NCBI GenBank assembly: GCA_002689345.1
Contig: NZFU01000002.1
Location: 8,438 to 72,437, forward strand
Direction: 5' to 3'
Source: Methanobacteriota archaeon
GTDB taxonomy: Archaea; Thermoplasmatota; Poseidoniia; Poseidoniales; Poseidoniaceae
DNA: 64,000 nucleotides
The notes beneath the pieces were generated by a model that did no database searches, had not been told where the DNA came from, and saw nothing but the letters and a program-made list of their open reading frames with translations. Below, in pieces: positions 1-9,116 of the stretch; position 1 is the first letter of the stretch, and the number at the start of each line of letters is the position of its first letter. The translations under genes were made by a program, and so were the position numbers.

Positions 1-1399
1 CGTCATCATCTTCATCGGAATCGTCGTCTTCATCGGAATCGTCGTCATCGGAGTCATCGTCATCTTCATCGGAATCGTCATCTTCTTCATCATCAGATTT
101 ACCAGACTTCTTTTTCACTCTCTCTCGTAGAGATGGAGCATAACTTAGGTGTAAATATGCAATAATTGCAAGTCCAATTACGCCTAGTATAATCATAACA
201 ATTCCATCGTTATAGAAACCAGCCGGCATACTTGAAGCATCATTTTCTCCACTAAACGGAGTCAATGAATTAGAACAATCATTTGCATCTATTTTCGGGT
301 CACATGGATATGTTTCCTTCATAATCAGTTCGCCACTACATGGGTCAGGAATTGTCTCAATGTCTGCTTCACATAGACTCCAAGTACCCCATTCAACATC
401 ATTGCCAGCAGCATCGGTATGTCCTTCATAGATAATGTTTCCACCAGTTCCATCAACCAATAGTCCCATGCCATTTACAACCCATAATCCAATGAATGTC
501 ACCATTAGGAAATATGCTATTGGATAGAATACATCATTTGCTTTCTTACCCATCAGCATTTTTTGCATTGGTGAAGGGAATTGCTTAATTTTTGGAATCT
601 TTCCAGGTTTAATTCCTATGCGTAAATCATCTAGTGCTTTTACTAATTCATTAGCGTCAACACGCCTATCTTCATTAGTATCTAGATAATTCAATATTGC
701 AGTTACTTCAGATGGAGACAATTTGTCCCCACCTATCTTTTCAATGCCCTTCTGCAACTCAGGGGCGTCGATCATGTTATCATCGCTACTATCCATTTCT
801 GCAAAAGCCTCTCCAGCAGTCATTCCAGATTCAGCTATGGCTAGAGCAAGGCTCTCAAATGCCATTACTGTGGCTGAATGATCCTTTTCTTCAGATTCTT
901 CTTCCTCAGAGTCATCTTCATCCGATTCTTCTTCTGCAGAGTCGTCCTCTTCTTCTGCTTCTTCTTCCTCAGAGTCATCTTCATCTGATTCTTCTTCTGC
1001 AGAGTCATCCTCTTCTTCTGCTTCATCTTCTGCTGAATCATCCTCATCATCGGCTTCTTCTTCTGCAGAGCCATCATCTTCTTCGGCTCCCTCAGAGTCA
1101 TCCTCTTCTTCAGTAGAAACTTCAATGTCGTCTTCAATAGCCTCTTCAACTACAGGAGGAGTTTCAATTTCATCAACTGAATCAACTTCTTCACTTACGA
1201 ATGAAACGCCACATTTGGAACATGATACAGAGTCTGCAGGCTGCAGTTCTCCACATGCGCCACATTCACCTAATTCCTCTTCAGAAACACCGCCAAAGCG
1301 AATATTACAATTGGAACAGGACTCACTATCAAGTGGAATGATTGCACGGCAAGCACCACACTCTGCCATCGGGATATCTTGGTTTTCTTCTTCAGACAT
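1..1399 (-). CDS. Double zinc-ribbon / EF-hand pair membrane protein with acidic low-complexity regions (3' end runs off the window)
   Basis: Hand translation from ATG at 1399: MSEEENQDIPMAECGACRAIIPLDSESCSNC...ECGACGELQPADSVSCSKC (four CxxC), Glu/Asp repeats, EF-hands AFAEMDSSDDNMIDAPELQK and LNYLDTNEDRRVDANELVKAL, two hydrophobic helices flanking a 4-Cys loop, Asp-rich tail; no stop before position 1, so absent from the ORF track. Confidence 0.85.
   Translation of the reverse strand, partial: MSEEENQDIPMAECGACRAIIPLDSESCSNCNIRFGGVSEEELGECGACGELQPADSVSCSKCGVSFVSEEVDSVDEIETPPVVEEAIEDDIEVSTEEEDDSEGAEEDDGSAEEEADDEDDSAEDEAEEEDDSAEEESDEDDSEEEEAEEEDDSAEEESDEDDSEEEESEEKDHSATVMAFESLALAIAESGMTAGEAFAEMDSSDDNMIDAPELQKGIEKIGGDKLSPSEVTAILNYLDTNEDRRVDANELVKALDDLRIGIKPGKIPKIKQFPSPMQKMLMGKKANDVFYPIAYFLMVTFIGLWVVNGMGLLVDGTGGNIIYEGHTDAAGNDVEWGTWSLCEADIETIPDPCSGELIMKETYPCDPKIDANDCSNSLTPFSGENDASSMPAGFYNDGIVMIILGVIGLAIIAYLHLSYAPSLRERVKKKSGKSDDEEDDDSDEDDDDSDDDDSDEDDDSDEDDD
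896..1021. repeat. 63-bp tandem duplication (2 copies) within an acidic codon repeat tract
   Basis: 896-958 and 959-1021 differ at two positions; encodes AEEEDDSAEEESDEDDSEEEE on the minus strand; degenerate copies continue to about 1112. Confidence 0.9.
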
Positions 1400-1489
1400 T
1401 ACTGCCACTCATGTTTCCGACCCCATTACACGATATAATGGTTCATGGACTTGAAGCGCTAGGGTCCCGTTAGACGGGGCTAAGGAGGT

Positions 1490-2368
1490 GTGTCGATGGG
1501 AGCAATGGAATTAGGACGAATTTATACATTGAATCTGGTATCACAGGATGAAATGCTTGGATATGTTGATACCGTGTCAATGAAGGACCAAGAACATGTT
1601 TTGCTATTGTCAAGACTACCTCAGCGTAGATTATTAGAGCATGTAGATCTTGACAAAGTTGAGGCGTATTGGGTAACAACTCAAGATGTTACAGGTTCAA
1701 TACAGCCCTCATTGGAGCAAATTCACGATTTGGTAGTTTCTAGAGTGGAAAATCACACAGGAATTGCTATTATCGAGGGAATCGAATGGCTAATTTCCAT
1801 ACACGGTTTTTCCGAGGTGTTACGTATGGTGATGAAAATGAAGGATTCTTTACACAGGAAACCTTGGTCAATTCTCCTAGTGGTTGCAGAAGATATCTTT
1901 GATGAGGTTCAAATCACTAAATGGCAACGCGAAGCCCCATCTTGGAATATTCCAAAGAATGTTGAATTTGTGGAATTTGATGAGGTCGCAGAAGATACTG
2001 AAGAATTAGAACTCGAGTTAAACGAAAAGCCCCTAAACGATGATGGTTCTACCCCATTATCATTCCTCGTTAGAATTCCTAGAGAAGGATATTCAAAAGA
2101 TATTGCACGCCGTCGAATTCTACAATGGAGGCGGATGGGATTAGATGTTTCTTCTGCCGAGCCTGCACTGTTTCAAGACTCAGACGACAAGGGATTTGAA
2201 ATCTATAAATCAGTTGAGAGAAAGGTCAGAAGGGCTATCGAACTAGATAATCGTCTCGACATTCTATTAGAAAGAGGACACCGTTCTGAAGTGACAAAGA
2301 TGCGCTTCAGAGTTAGACAACTAACTGGATTTGATGATGTGGAATCACGAATTGACAAACTTATCTAG
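1490..2368 (+). CDS. DUF835-like domain protein with C-terminal helical extension
   Basis: VLLLSRLP...AYWVT...IAIIEGIEWLISIHGFSEVLRMVMKMKD pattern typical of archaeal DUF835; AGGAGG just upstream (ATG at 1496 is a plausible start). Confidence 0.65.
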   Translation: MSMGAMELGRIYTLNLVSQDEMLGYVDTVSMKDQEHVLLLSRLPQRRLLEHVDLDKVEAYWVTTQDVTGSIQPSLEQIHDLVVSRVENHTGIAIIEGIEWLISIHGFSEVLRMVMKMKDSLHRKPWSILLVVAEDIFDEVQITKWQREAPSWNIPKNVEFVEFDEVAEDTEELELELNEKPLNDDGSTPLSFLVRIPREGYSKDIARRRILQWRRMGLDVSSAEPALFQDSDDKGFEIYKSVERKVRRAIELDNRLDILLERGHRSEVTKMRFRVRQLTGFDDVESRIDKLI

Positions 2369-3902
2369 GTAGTCTGCCACATTCGGCCTCTATCCTAGCT
2401 AGCCAACCACCATTAGACAGTTCTGTAGCAATACTTTCGATCTCATCTGATGTCGATCTATCTCCTGATAATGGAGCAGATATCTTACGCACTAAAGTGT
2501 ATAGTGATTTGACATGGTTGGCGGGCTCTGCATTTCGATATTCGAGTGCTTCACATGCAATGATTAGTTCACATGCTAAAACCTGAGATAAGTGATTGCA
2601 AGATTGAATTAGATTCCAACAAGCAGTTGCTCCCATTGACACATGGTCTTCTTGCCCTCCGGATGTAGGTGTTGAAAACGCAGAACGTGGCATTGTTCGG
2701 CCATGCATTTCAGCCAGTGCCGCAGCAGCAACATAATGGACAATCATCATACCAGACTCAAGTCCCGAGTTGGTTGCCAAAAATGCAGGCAAATTGCTAC
2801 GAGATGGATCTACGATTTGATCAATTCTTCTTTCACTAATGTGCGCTAATTCGAAAATGGCATGCGACATTCCGTCAGCTGCAAGCGCTAAGACTTCACC
2901 ATGGAAATTGCCTTGACTTATCACTTCATCAACACCAGGATTAGACGGGTTCGGGAAAATTAATGGATTGTCTGTGGCACTGTTTATTTCAATGTCCAGC
3001 GTTGCTGACATATTCCTAAACCGCTCTAGTACTGCGCCATGTACCTGGGGGATACATCTGAATGAATATGCATCTTGTACTCTATCACAATCAGCATGCG
3101 ATGCAAGGATAGGTGATTTATCCATTATTTTTGTAATCCTTTCAGCTACTAGTGACTGACCATGATGTGGCCTAGCTTGTTGTACGCGGGGGTCCATCGG
3201 TTTGATTGAACACTCTCTGGCCTCTATCGAAACACAAGCGATCAAGTCAGCTAATGGTAATAGATTGGAAAGCATATTTTCAGCACGGGTCAAAAATGAA
3301 CACATTTGACTTGTCCCATTAATTAGAGAGAGGCCATCTTTAGCGGATAAATCAACACCGATTAATCCCTTTTCGGTTAGCATTGATGTAGTTGGTATTG
3401 GTCCATCTTCGCCCCATACTTCACCTTCTCCAATCAGTGCTAGTGCCATATGTGACAAAGGTGCTAAATCACCAGATGCTCCTAAAGAACCAATGCGAGG
3501 GACTACTGGAATAATGTCGAGATTTAGATAGGCAATGATTTGCTCAATAACAGTTCTTTGAATTCCTGAATGCCCCTTGACTAGAGAGTTGGCCCTTACG
3601 CACATCATTGCCCTTGTATCAGATATGGACATTCTTTCACCAATGGCACAGGCATGAGACCGAATTAGATTGACCTGCAATGCAGCGAGGTCCTCTGGCG
3701 AGATTGATTCACTAACAAGTGCACCAAACCCTGTGTTGATTCCATATACTGTCTTACCACTTTGGAGAATCTCGTCTACAACTTTACGAGAAGCCTCGAC
3801 CTTTAGCCATGCATCTGATGCGACTTCTACCTTTTCACCCATTGAAACCAATGAGATTTCTGTAGATGAAAGTGTATTCCCGTCTAGTTTGATACTTCCC
3901 AT
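2361..3902 (-). CDS. hutH: Histidine ammonia-lyase
   Basis: VYGINTGFG, MIO-forming GSLGASGDLAPLSH, QDAYSFRC, QEDHVSMG; directly downstream of hutU. Confidence 0.95.
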   Translation of the reverse strand: MGSIKLDGNTLSSTEISLVSMGEKVEVASDAWLKVEASRKVVDEILQSGKTVYGINTGFGALVSESISPEDLAALQVNLIRSHACAIGERMSISDTRAMMCVRANSLVKGHSGIQRTVIEQIIAYLNLDIIPVVPRIGSLGASGDLAPLSHMALALIGEGEVWGEDGPIPTTSMLTEKGLIGVDLSAKDGLSLINGTSQMCSFLTRAENMLSNLLPLADLIACVSIEARECSIKPMDPRVQQARPHHGQSLVAERITKIMDKSPILASHADCDRVQDAYSFRCIPQVHGAVLERFRNMSATLDIEINSATDNPLIFPNPSNPGVDEVISQGNFHGEVLALAADGMSHAIFELAHISERRIDQIVDPSRSNLPAFLATNSGLESGMMIVHYVAAAALAEMHGRTMPRSAFSTPTSGGQEDHVSMGATACWNLIQSCNHLSQVLACELIIACEALEYRNAEPANHVKSLYTLVRKISAPLSGDRSTSDEIESIATELSNGGWLARIEAECGRLPR

Positions 3903-5932
3903 TATGATTCACCACCATACACTGAGTCAATGAGGTTGTCCGTTGTGAAGTTGGGTAATGTGACCTTCAATTTCTTATTGGACTCCATGGCGCGTTTAAT
4001 TGCAAAAACCGCACCATCATTTCGAGCCCATGCTCTTCGAGAAATTCCATTATTAACGTCCCAATCCAGCATCGAAAGAAGTTTTCTTTCACTATCTTCA
4101 CTGCCGTCTATCAATAATCCAAAGCCACCGTTAATGACTTCACCCCAACCTACTCCTCCACCGTTATGTAGGCTTATCCAGGTGGCGCCTCTGAATGAAT
4201 CTCCAACGAAGTTTTGCACCGCCATATCAGCCGTAAACATTGAACCATCAGTGATATTTGCAGTTTCACGATATGGGGAATCAGTACCTGATACATCATG
4301 ATGGTCTCGACCTAATACGATGGGAGCGCTAATTATACCACTAGCAATAGCATCATTGAAGGCTTTAGCGATATTTTTTCTGCCTTCGGTATCAGCATAC
4401 AAGATTCGTGCTTGACTTCCAACAACCATTTGATTCTCTGCAGCTTGTTCAATCCATCTGATGTTATCGAGCATTTGCTGCTTAATCTCATCTGGAGAAT
4501 TGCTAGCCATCTCCTTTAGGACTTTAGCGGCAATAGCATCACTCTTGGCTAGATCAGATGGATCACAGGAAGTACATACCCACCTGAATGGTCCAAAGCC
4601 GTAATCAAAGCACATAGGCCCCATTATATCCTCAACATAACTAGGATATCTGAATCCGTCACCTTTGGCATTCATCACATCAGCTCCAGCTCTAGATGCT
4701 TCTAGTAAGAATGCATTACCATAGTCCCAGAAATAAGTCCCGTTCGAAACTAGGGAATTAACAGCAGCAGCATGTCTGCGAAGGGTTTTCTGTACTTCTA
4801 AGCGAAATTGTTCAGGATCGGATGCCATCATTTCCTTGCCTTCTTCGAATGACAAAGTAACTGGATAATATCCACCTTGCCATGGATTATGTAAACTTGT
4901 TTGGTCGGATAGTAAGTCGATTCTGACATTTCTTTCAACCATTCTTTCCAACAATTCGACAATATTTCCTATGTGGCCAATCGATATTGCTTCTCCACTA
5001 TTTTTGGCATTCAACATTCTGTCAATAGCATCATCGGTTGAATTTGCTATTACCGATAACCAACCTTGTTCATGTCTCTTAGTAGCTGCATGAGGGTTAA
5101 TTTCGCTAACAATACACGATGCCCCTGCGATTACAGCAGCCTTTGCTTGTGCACCACTCATTCCACCCAATCCAGATGTGATGAATGTAATTCCAGCAAG
5201 GTCATCCTTTGCTCCGCAAAACTTCCTAGCTGCATTTAACACTGTAATCGTCGTTCCATGGACAATGCCTTGAGGTCCGATGTACATGTAAGAGCCTGCC
5301 GTCATTTGACCATATTGACTGACGCCTAATGCATTCATTCTGTCATAATCATCTTGTGATGAATAGTTTGGAATAACCATTCCATTTGTTATTACAACCC
5401 TAGGTGCGTCTTTAGAGGAAGGAAATAACCCCAGTGGATGACCTGAATACATTACAAGAGTTTGGTCATCTTCCATTTCACATAGATATTTCATCACAAG
5501 TCTATATTGAGCCCAATTCTGGAATACTGCTCCATTACCACCGTATGTGATTAATTCATGAGGGAATTGGGCAACTTCTTTGTCTAAATTATTGTGAATC
5601 ATCAACATTATTGCAGCAGCCTGCTTAGATTTTGCTGGGTAGGAATCAATTGGATATGCCTTCATAGCATATTCTGTAGGACGATATCTCATCATCCATA
5701 TACGACCATGGGTTTCAAGTTCATCTGCAAATTCTTTTGCCAAGGATTGGTGCAAACTAGAATCAAAATATCTTAACGCATTACGTAAAGCCAATTTTTT
5801 TTCTTCGAGAGATAGAATTTGACGTCTTTTTGGTGCATGATCAACATCCTGAGAAATCCCAGGATGTTCAGGTAGAGATTTGGGTATTCCAGTGCCGACA
5901 TGTGCGCGCATAGCATCAATATCGGTTGGCAT
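3902..5932 (-). CDS. hutU: Urocanate hydratase (long form)
   Basis: YGQMTAGSYMYIGPQGIVHGT, GLGGMSGAQ, SDQTSLHN, GRDHHDVSGTDSPYRET, HNGGGVGWG. Confidence 0.97.
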   Translation of the reverse strand: MPTDIDAMRAHVGTGIPKSLPEHPGISQDVDHAPKRRQILSLEEKKLALRNALRYFDSSLHQSLAKEFADELETHGRIWMMRYRPTEYAMKAYPIDSYPAKSKQAAAIMLMIHNNLDKEVAQFPHELITYGGNGAVFQNWAQYRLVMKYLCEMEDDQTLVMYSGHPLGLFPSSKDAPRVVITNGMVIPNYSSQDDYDRMNALGVSQYGQMTAGSYMYIGPQGIVHGTTITVLNAARKFCGAKDDLAGITFITSGLGGMSGAQAKAAVIAGASCIVSEINPHAATKRHEQGWLSVIANSTDDAIDRMLNAKNSGEAISIGHIGNIVELLERMVERNVRIDLLSDQTSLHNPWQGGYYPVTLSFEEGKEMMASDPEQFRLEVQKTLRRHAAAVNSLVSNGTYFWDYGNAFLLEASRAGADVMNAKGDGFRYPSYVEDIMGPMCFDYGFGPFRWVCTSCDPSDLAKSDAIAAKVLKEMASNSPDEIKQQMLDNIRWIEQAAENQMVVGSQARILYADTEGRKNIAKAFNDAIASGIISAPIVLGRDHHDVSGTDSPYRETANITDGSMFTADMAVQNFVGDSFRGATWISLHNGGGVGWGEVINGGFGLLIDGSEDSERKLLSMLDWDVNNGISRRAWARNDGAVFAIKRAMESNKKLKVTLPNFTTDNLIDSVYGGES

Positions 5933-6012
5933 GTTATTGCCGAGTAGTAACCGCCTTATTGATTTTGTAATGAATCGTCATACCTATGAGAGAGCACTTG
6001 TACGCATAAAAC

Positions 6013-7881
6013 ATGGAGGAGGATGTGTATGAAGCTGAATTGGCGAGTGCTGACGATGGTAAATCAATCCTCAATGAATTAATGGGAGCAACAATCGCAG
6101 TATCGATAGCCTTCCTGATGGTAGCGATTGTATTTGGTGATGCTATTGATTCCGAATTAACAAATAATGAAGAAGAATCTGGTGTGAGAGTTCCAGTTTG
6201 GGATCGAGGTAAACTGGATTATGTCACAGACTTGGACAATGGTTTTGTAATGGAGTTTGGAGAATATGAGGTACTTGAAACTGATAATGAATGGAATTCA
6301 ACACATGTTTTCGTTGAATATGAATTACCACTGGATGAAGGCGGAGCAGCCCCTAATGGTAAGATTTCGTTAGCATATTGGCGACCTAATGTCCCAGACG
6401 GAGTCACAGTTCCAGTAATTGCAGAATTCGGACCTTACTTCCAAGAGCCTAGTGTTCAAACCCCTACTATCGAAGTGCCTGGTAGTTGGTTGGGCCAGAT
6501 GGTTATCGACCAAATATTACCTCATGGATATGCCTTTGCTCAAGTTTCAGTAACTGGTACTGGGCGCTCAAATCATTGTATGGACTTGATGGGTACTGCT
6601 GAACAATTGGGCAATGATGCTGCAGTTTCATGGCTAGGCAGCCAAGAATGGTCTAATGGAAATGTAGCTATGATTGGAAAATCATATGATGGATCAACTC
6701 CATGGCAAGCAGCAATGTTTGGCAATGAGCACCTCAAAACTATAGTTCCTATCTCTGGATTAATTGGCGTTAAGGAATTAATGTGGAAGAATGGTTCTTC
6801 TGAAGCTAGAGCTCCAATAATGCATAATGGGGTCTATGGGTCATATGGATTCGATGGTGATGAAGAGGACTACGGTAATCTATGTCCTGATTACATCATT
6901 GGACCAGGAACTGGAGTTTCAGCATGGATGTTTGGCTCTGAAGTTGCAGGCGATTACTGGGAGGAAAGATACTTCCTAGATAGAGTCATAGAAAATTATG
7001 GCGGATCTGTCTATCTCGTTCAAGGTATGCATGATTGGAATGTCGACCCCCATATGGCAGTACCCACAATCAACCGTTTGAAGGATAATGGAATAGAGGC
7101 CAAGGGACTATTCGGTCAATGGGACCATGATTATCCAGATAGGCCTATTCAACTTGATGACCGCTCGGAATTGGGCGGTAGAGGCGGTGAGGCCTTTCCA
7201 GAAATGATACGTTTTGATTGGATGCAGGATTTACTAGAATGGTTTGACTGGTATCTCAAAGGTGAAGGCAGAGCTCCTGGATTACATGTGGAAATTCAAT
7301 CAAATCAAGGTTCATGGAGAATCGAAGACCGTTATCCTGCAAGTGATACAACAGAAGTAATAATGTCTCTAGGAACTGACTTAAGCCGTATATCTGGAGG
7401 TGCTAATGTACTCCCCGATGCTTCCACTGGACCTGTCTATGAGAGTGCTCCTCTCGAATCCGACATGTACATACAGGGACTTCCTAGATTGCATGTAGAA
7501 GTATCTACTACGACTATCGGTGGGCAACTTTACGCATTGTTAGAGGATTGTGATGGTAGTAATTGTATCCATATTGGACATGCAATTATGGATTTAAGAT
7601 ACCATTCTGGTGGTGAAGAATTATCTTCTACATGGACTCCAATTGTTGGAACTATAACTGCTAAGATGGAATTCTTTGCATTAGATGCTGAGATAGCAGC
7701 AGGACATACCATCAGGGTGTCATTATTATCCACGGGTGAAGATTACCTACCTGCATCAACATCTTCGATTGTGACAATTCAAGAAGGTGAAGGTAGTACA
7801 TTGCAATTGGATACCTTTGAACCGGACGAAAAATTGTATTGGATGCCGCCAGTTTGCACTCATGCTGTTTGTACTGCCTGA
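6013..7881 (+). CDS. Membrane-anchored CocE/NonD (X-Pro dipeptidyl-peptidase S15-like) serine hydrolase
   Basis: N-terminal TM helix; GTGRS, WSNGNVAMIGKSYDG nucleophile motif, GMHDWNV, GQWDH; C-terminal PepX-like beta domain. Confidence 0.85.
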   Translation: MEEDVYEAELASADDGKSILNELMGATIAVSIAFLMVAIVFGDAIDSELTNNEEESGVRVPVWDRGKLDYVTDLDNGFVMEFGEYEVLETDNEWNSTHVFVEYELPLDEGGAAPNGKISLAYWRPNVPDGVTVPVIAEFGPYFQEPSVQTPTIEVPGSWLGQMVIDQILPHGYAFAQVSVTGTGRSNHCMDLMGTAEQLGNDAAVSWLGSQEWSNGNVAMIGKSYDGSTPWQAAMFGNEHLKTIVPISGLIGVKELMWKNGSSEARAPIMHNGVYGSYGFDGDEEDYGNLCPDYIIGPGTGVSAWMFGSEVAGDYWEERYFLDRVIENYGGSVYLVQGMHDWNVDPHMAVPTINRLKDNGIEAKGLFGQWDHDYPDRPIQLDDRSELGGRGGEAFPEMIRFDWMQDLLEWFDWYLKGEGRAPGLHVEIQSNQGSWRIEDRYPASDTTEVIMSLGTDLSRISGGANVLPDASTGPVYESAPLESDMYIQGLPRLHVEVSTTTIGGQLYALLEDCDGSNCIHIGHAIMDLRYHSGGEELSSTWTPIVGTITAKMEFFALDAEIAAGHTIRVSLLSTGEDYLPASTSSIVTIQEGEGSTLQLDTFEPDEKLYWMPPVCTHAVCTA

Positions 7882-9116
7882 TTATCCGGCCTCCACATTG
7901 TGAAAATGATTCCAAAGAATATCATTGCACATGCAAACCAAATCATTCCTAACTTTAGAGATAGGTCGGTATTGTCTAGTAGCCATCCTGCAGTGAATGT
8001 ACTAAGGCTGAACGATATTGACATGAGCAACATATCAATACTGAAAACTCTGCCACGAACTTCATCCTCTACCCATTGCTGAGTCAAAATTGTGGAAAGA
8101 ACCCAATTTGCACCACTAGCTGAGTGTGCTATAATTACTAAACCAATTGTTAGGTATAAGTTCTCAAATATTGTAATCCCAATCAACAGATAAAAGAATC
8201 CTGAAACCGATACTAGTATTCCGACTAATGCTGGCCATTTATTCTTGTCAACCAAGTATTTCCTTGCTATGATGGGACCAATGCCGGTACCAATTCCCCT
8301 GGCCATGAAAAACAGACCAATGCCTGCAGCCATCTCCCCAGGAGACATTCTTGAACCTGCAAGAACAAGAAATACAGCTGCTAATCCTCCACCCGCTAGA
8401 TTCCATGTCGTCTTAGCGAAAACAATTCTCTTCAACCTTGGTTCACTGATCAACCTTGAGAATCCTGCCTTAATATTAGCAAATGCAGTACTCAAGATCG
8501 GACCTTTCATATCATTGCTAACATTTTGTGGTACTCTTAATGGCAAGAGAATTAATGCTCCAAGTAAAAAGGTAAGTGAATCAATAATGAATGCAACATT
8601 CACGCCGTACTCCGAAACCACTAATCCACCTAGGAATGCGCCTGTTGCTAAAGCAGTGGACCATGTGGCAGCATCCAGTGCATTTGCGGTAGCCAATTCC
8701 TCTTTGGAAACAATATTTGGTAATGCTGCCCTTTCTGCCGTCATATATGCGCCGTGAAGAACCATCATGACTCCGGAGAGTCCGATTAGCCACCACATAT
8801 CTTCAGGGCCATCAACGAGCAGGAAACACAATGCTAAGCCGACCTGTAGTAAATTTGAAACTACCATTATCCATTTTCGAGACCATCTGTCAGAAAGAAG
8901 TCCAGTTATAGGTTGTAATACTGCGAATCCTAACATTCTGATTGTAAATAAGAATCCAAGCATGGCTTCTGAACCTGAATATTTCAAAATTAATGTGAAC
9001 AGAGCTATCGTATTGAACCATTCACCCATCATTGAGATTACAGCTGCAAACCAAAAAGTTCGAAACTTTTTATTGGTTTTGAGTAACTCATAATATCCTA
9101 CTTCTGACAAAATCAC
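7860..9116 (-). CDS. MFS transporter
   Basis: About 12 hydrophobic segments, GLLSDRWSRK motif A, VRGRVFS; GTG start at 9116 overlaps the upstream TGA and follows a GAGGAG tract. Confidence 0.9.
   Translation of the reverse strand: MILSEVGYYELLKTNKKFRTFWFAAVISMMGEWFNTIALFTLILKYSGSEAMLGFLFTIRMLGFAVLQPITGLLSDRWSRKWIMVVSNLLQVGLALCFLLVDGPEDMWWLIGLSGVMMVLHGAYMTAERAALPNIVSKEELATANALDAATWSTALATGAFLGGLVVSEYGVNVAFIIDSLTFLLGALILLPLRVPQNVSNDMKGPILSTAFANIKAGFSRLISEPRLKRIVFAKTTWNLAGGGLAAVFLVLAGSRMSPGEMAAGIGLFFMARGIGTGIGPIIARKYLVDKNKWPALVGILVSVSGFFYLLIGITIFENLYLTIGLVIIAHSASGANWVLSTILTQQWVEDEVRGRVFSIDMLLMSISFSLSTFTAGWLLDNTDLSLKLGMIWFACAMIFFGIIFTMWRPDNQAVQTA

Noticed and set aside
896-1112. Tandem repeats as a possible CRISPR array (also 21307..21430 and about 59855..59895)
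   Set aside because: No unique spacers; unit lengths are multiples of 3 and lie inside coding low-complexity regions; no cas genes
697-1454. Track ORFs 697..1116 (+), 865..1149 (-) and 1125..1454 (+)
   Set aside because: Shadow frames of the acidic repeat in the real minus-strand gene 1..1399
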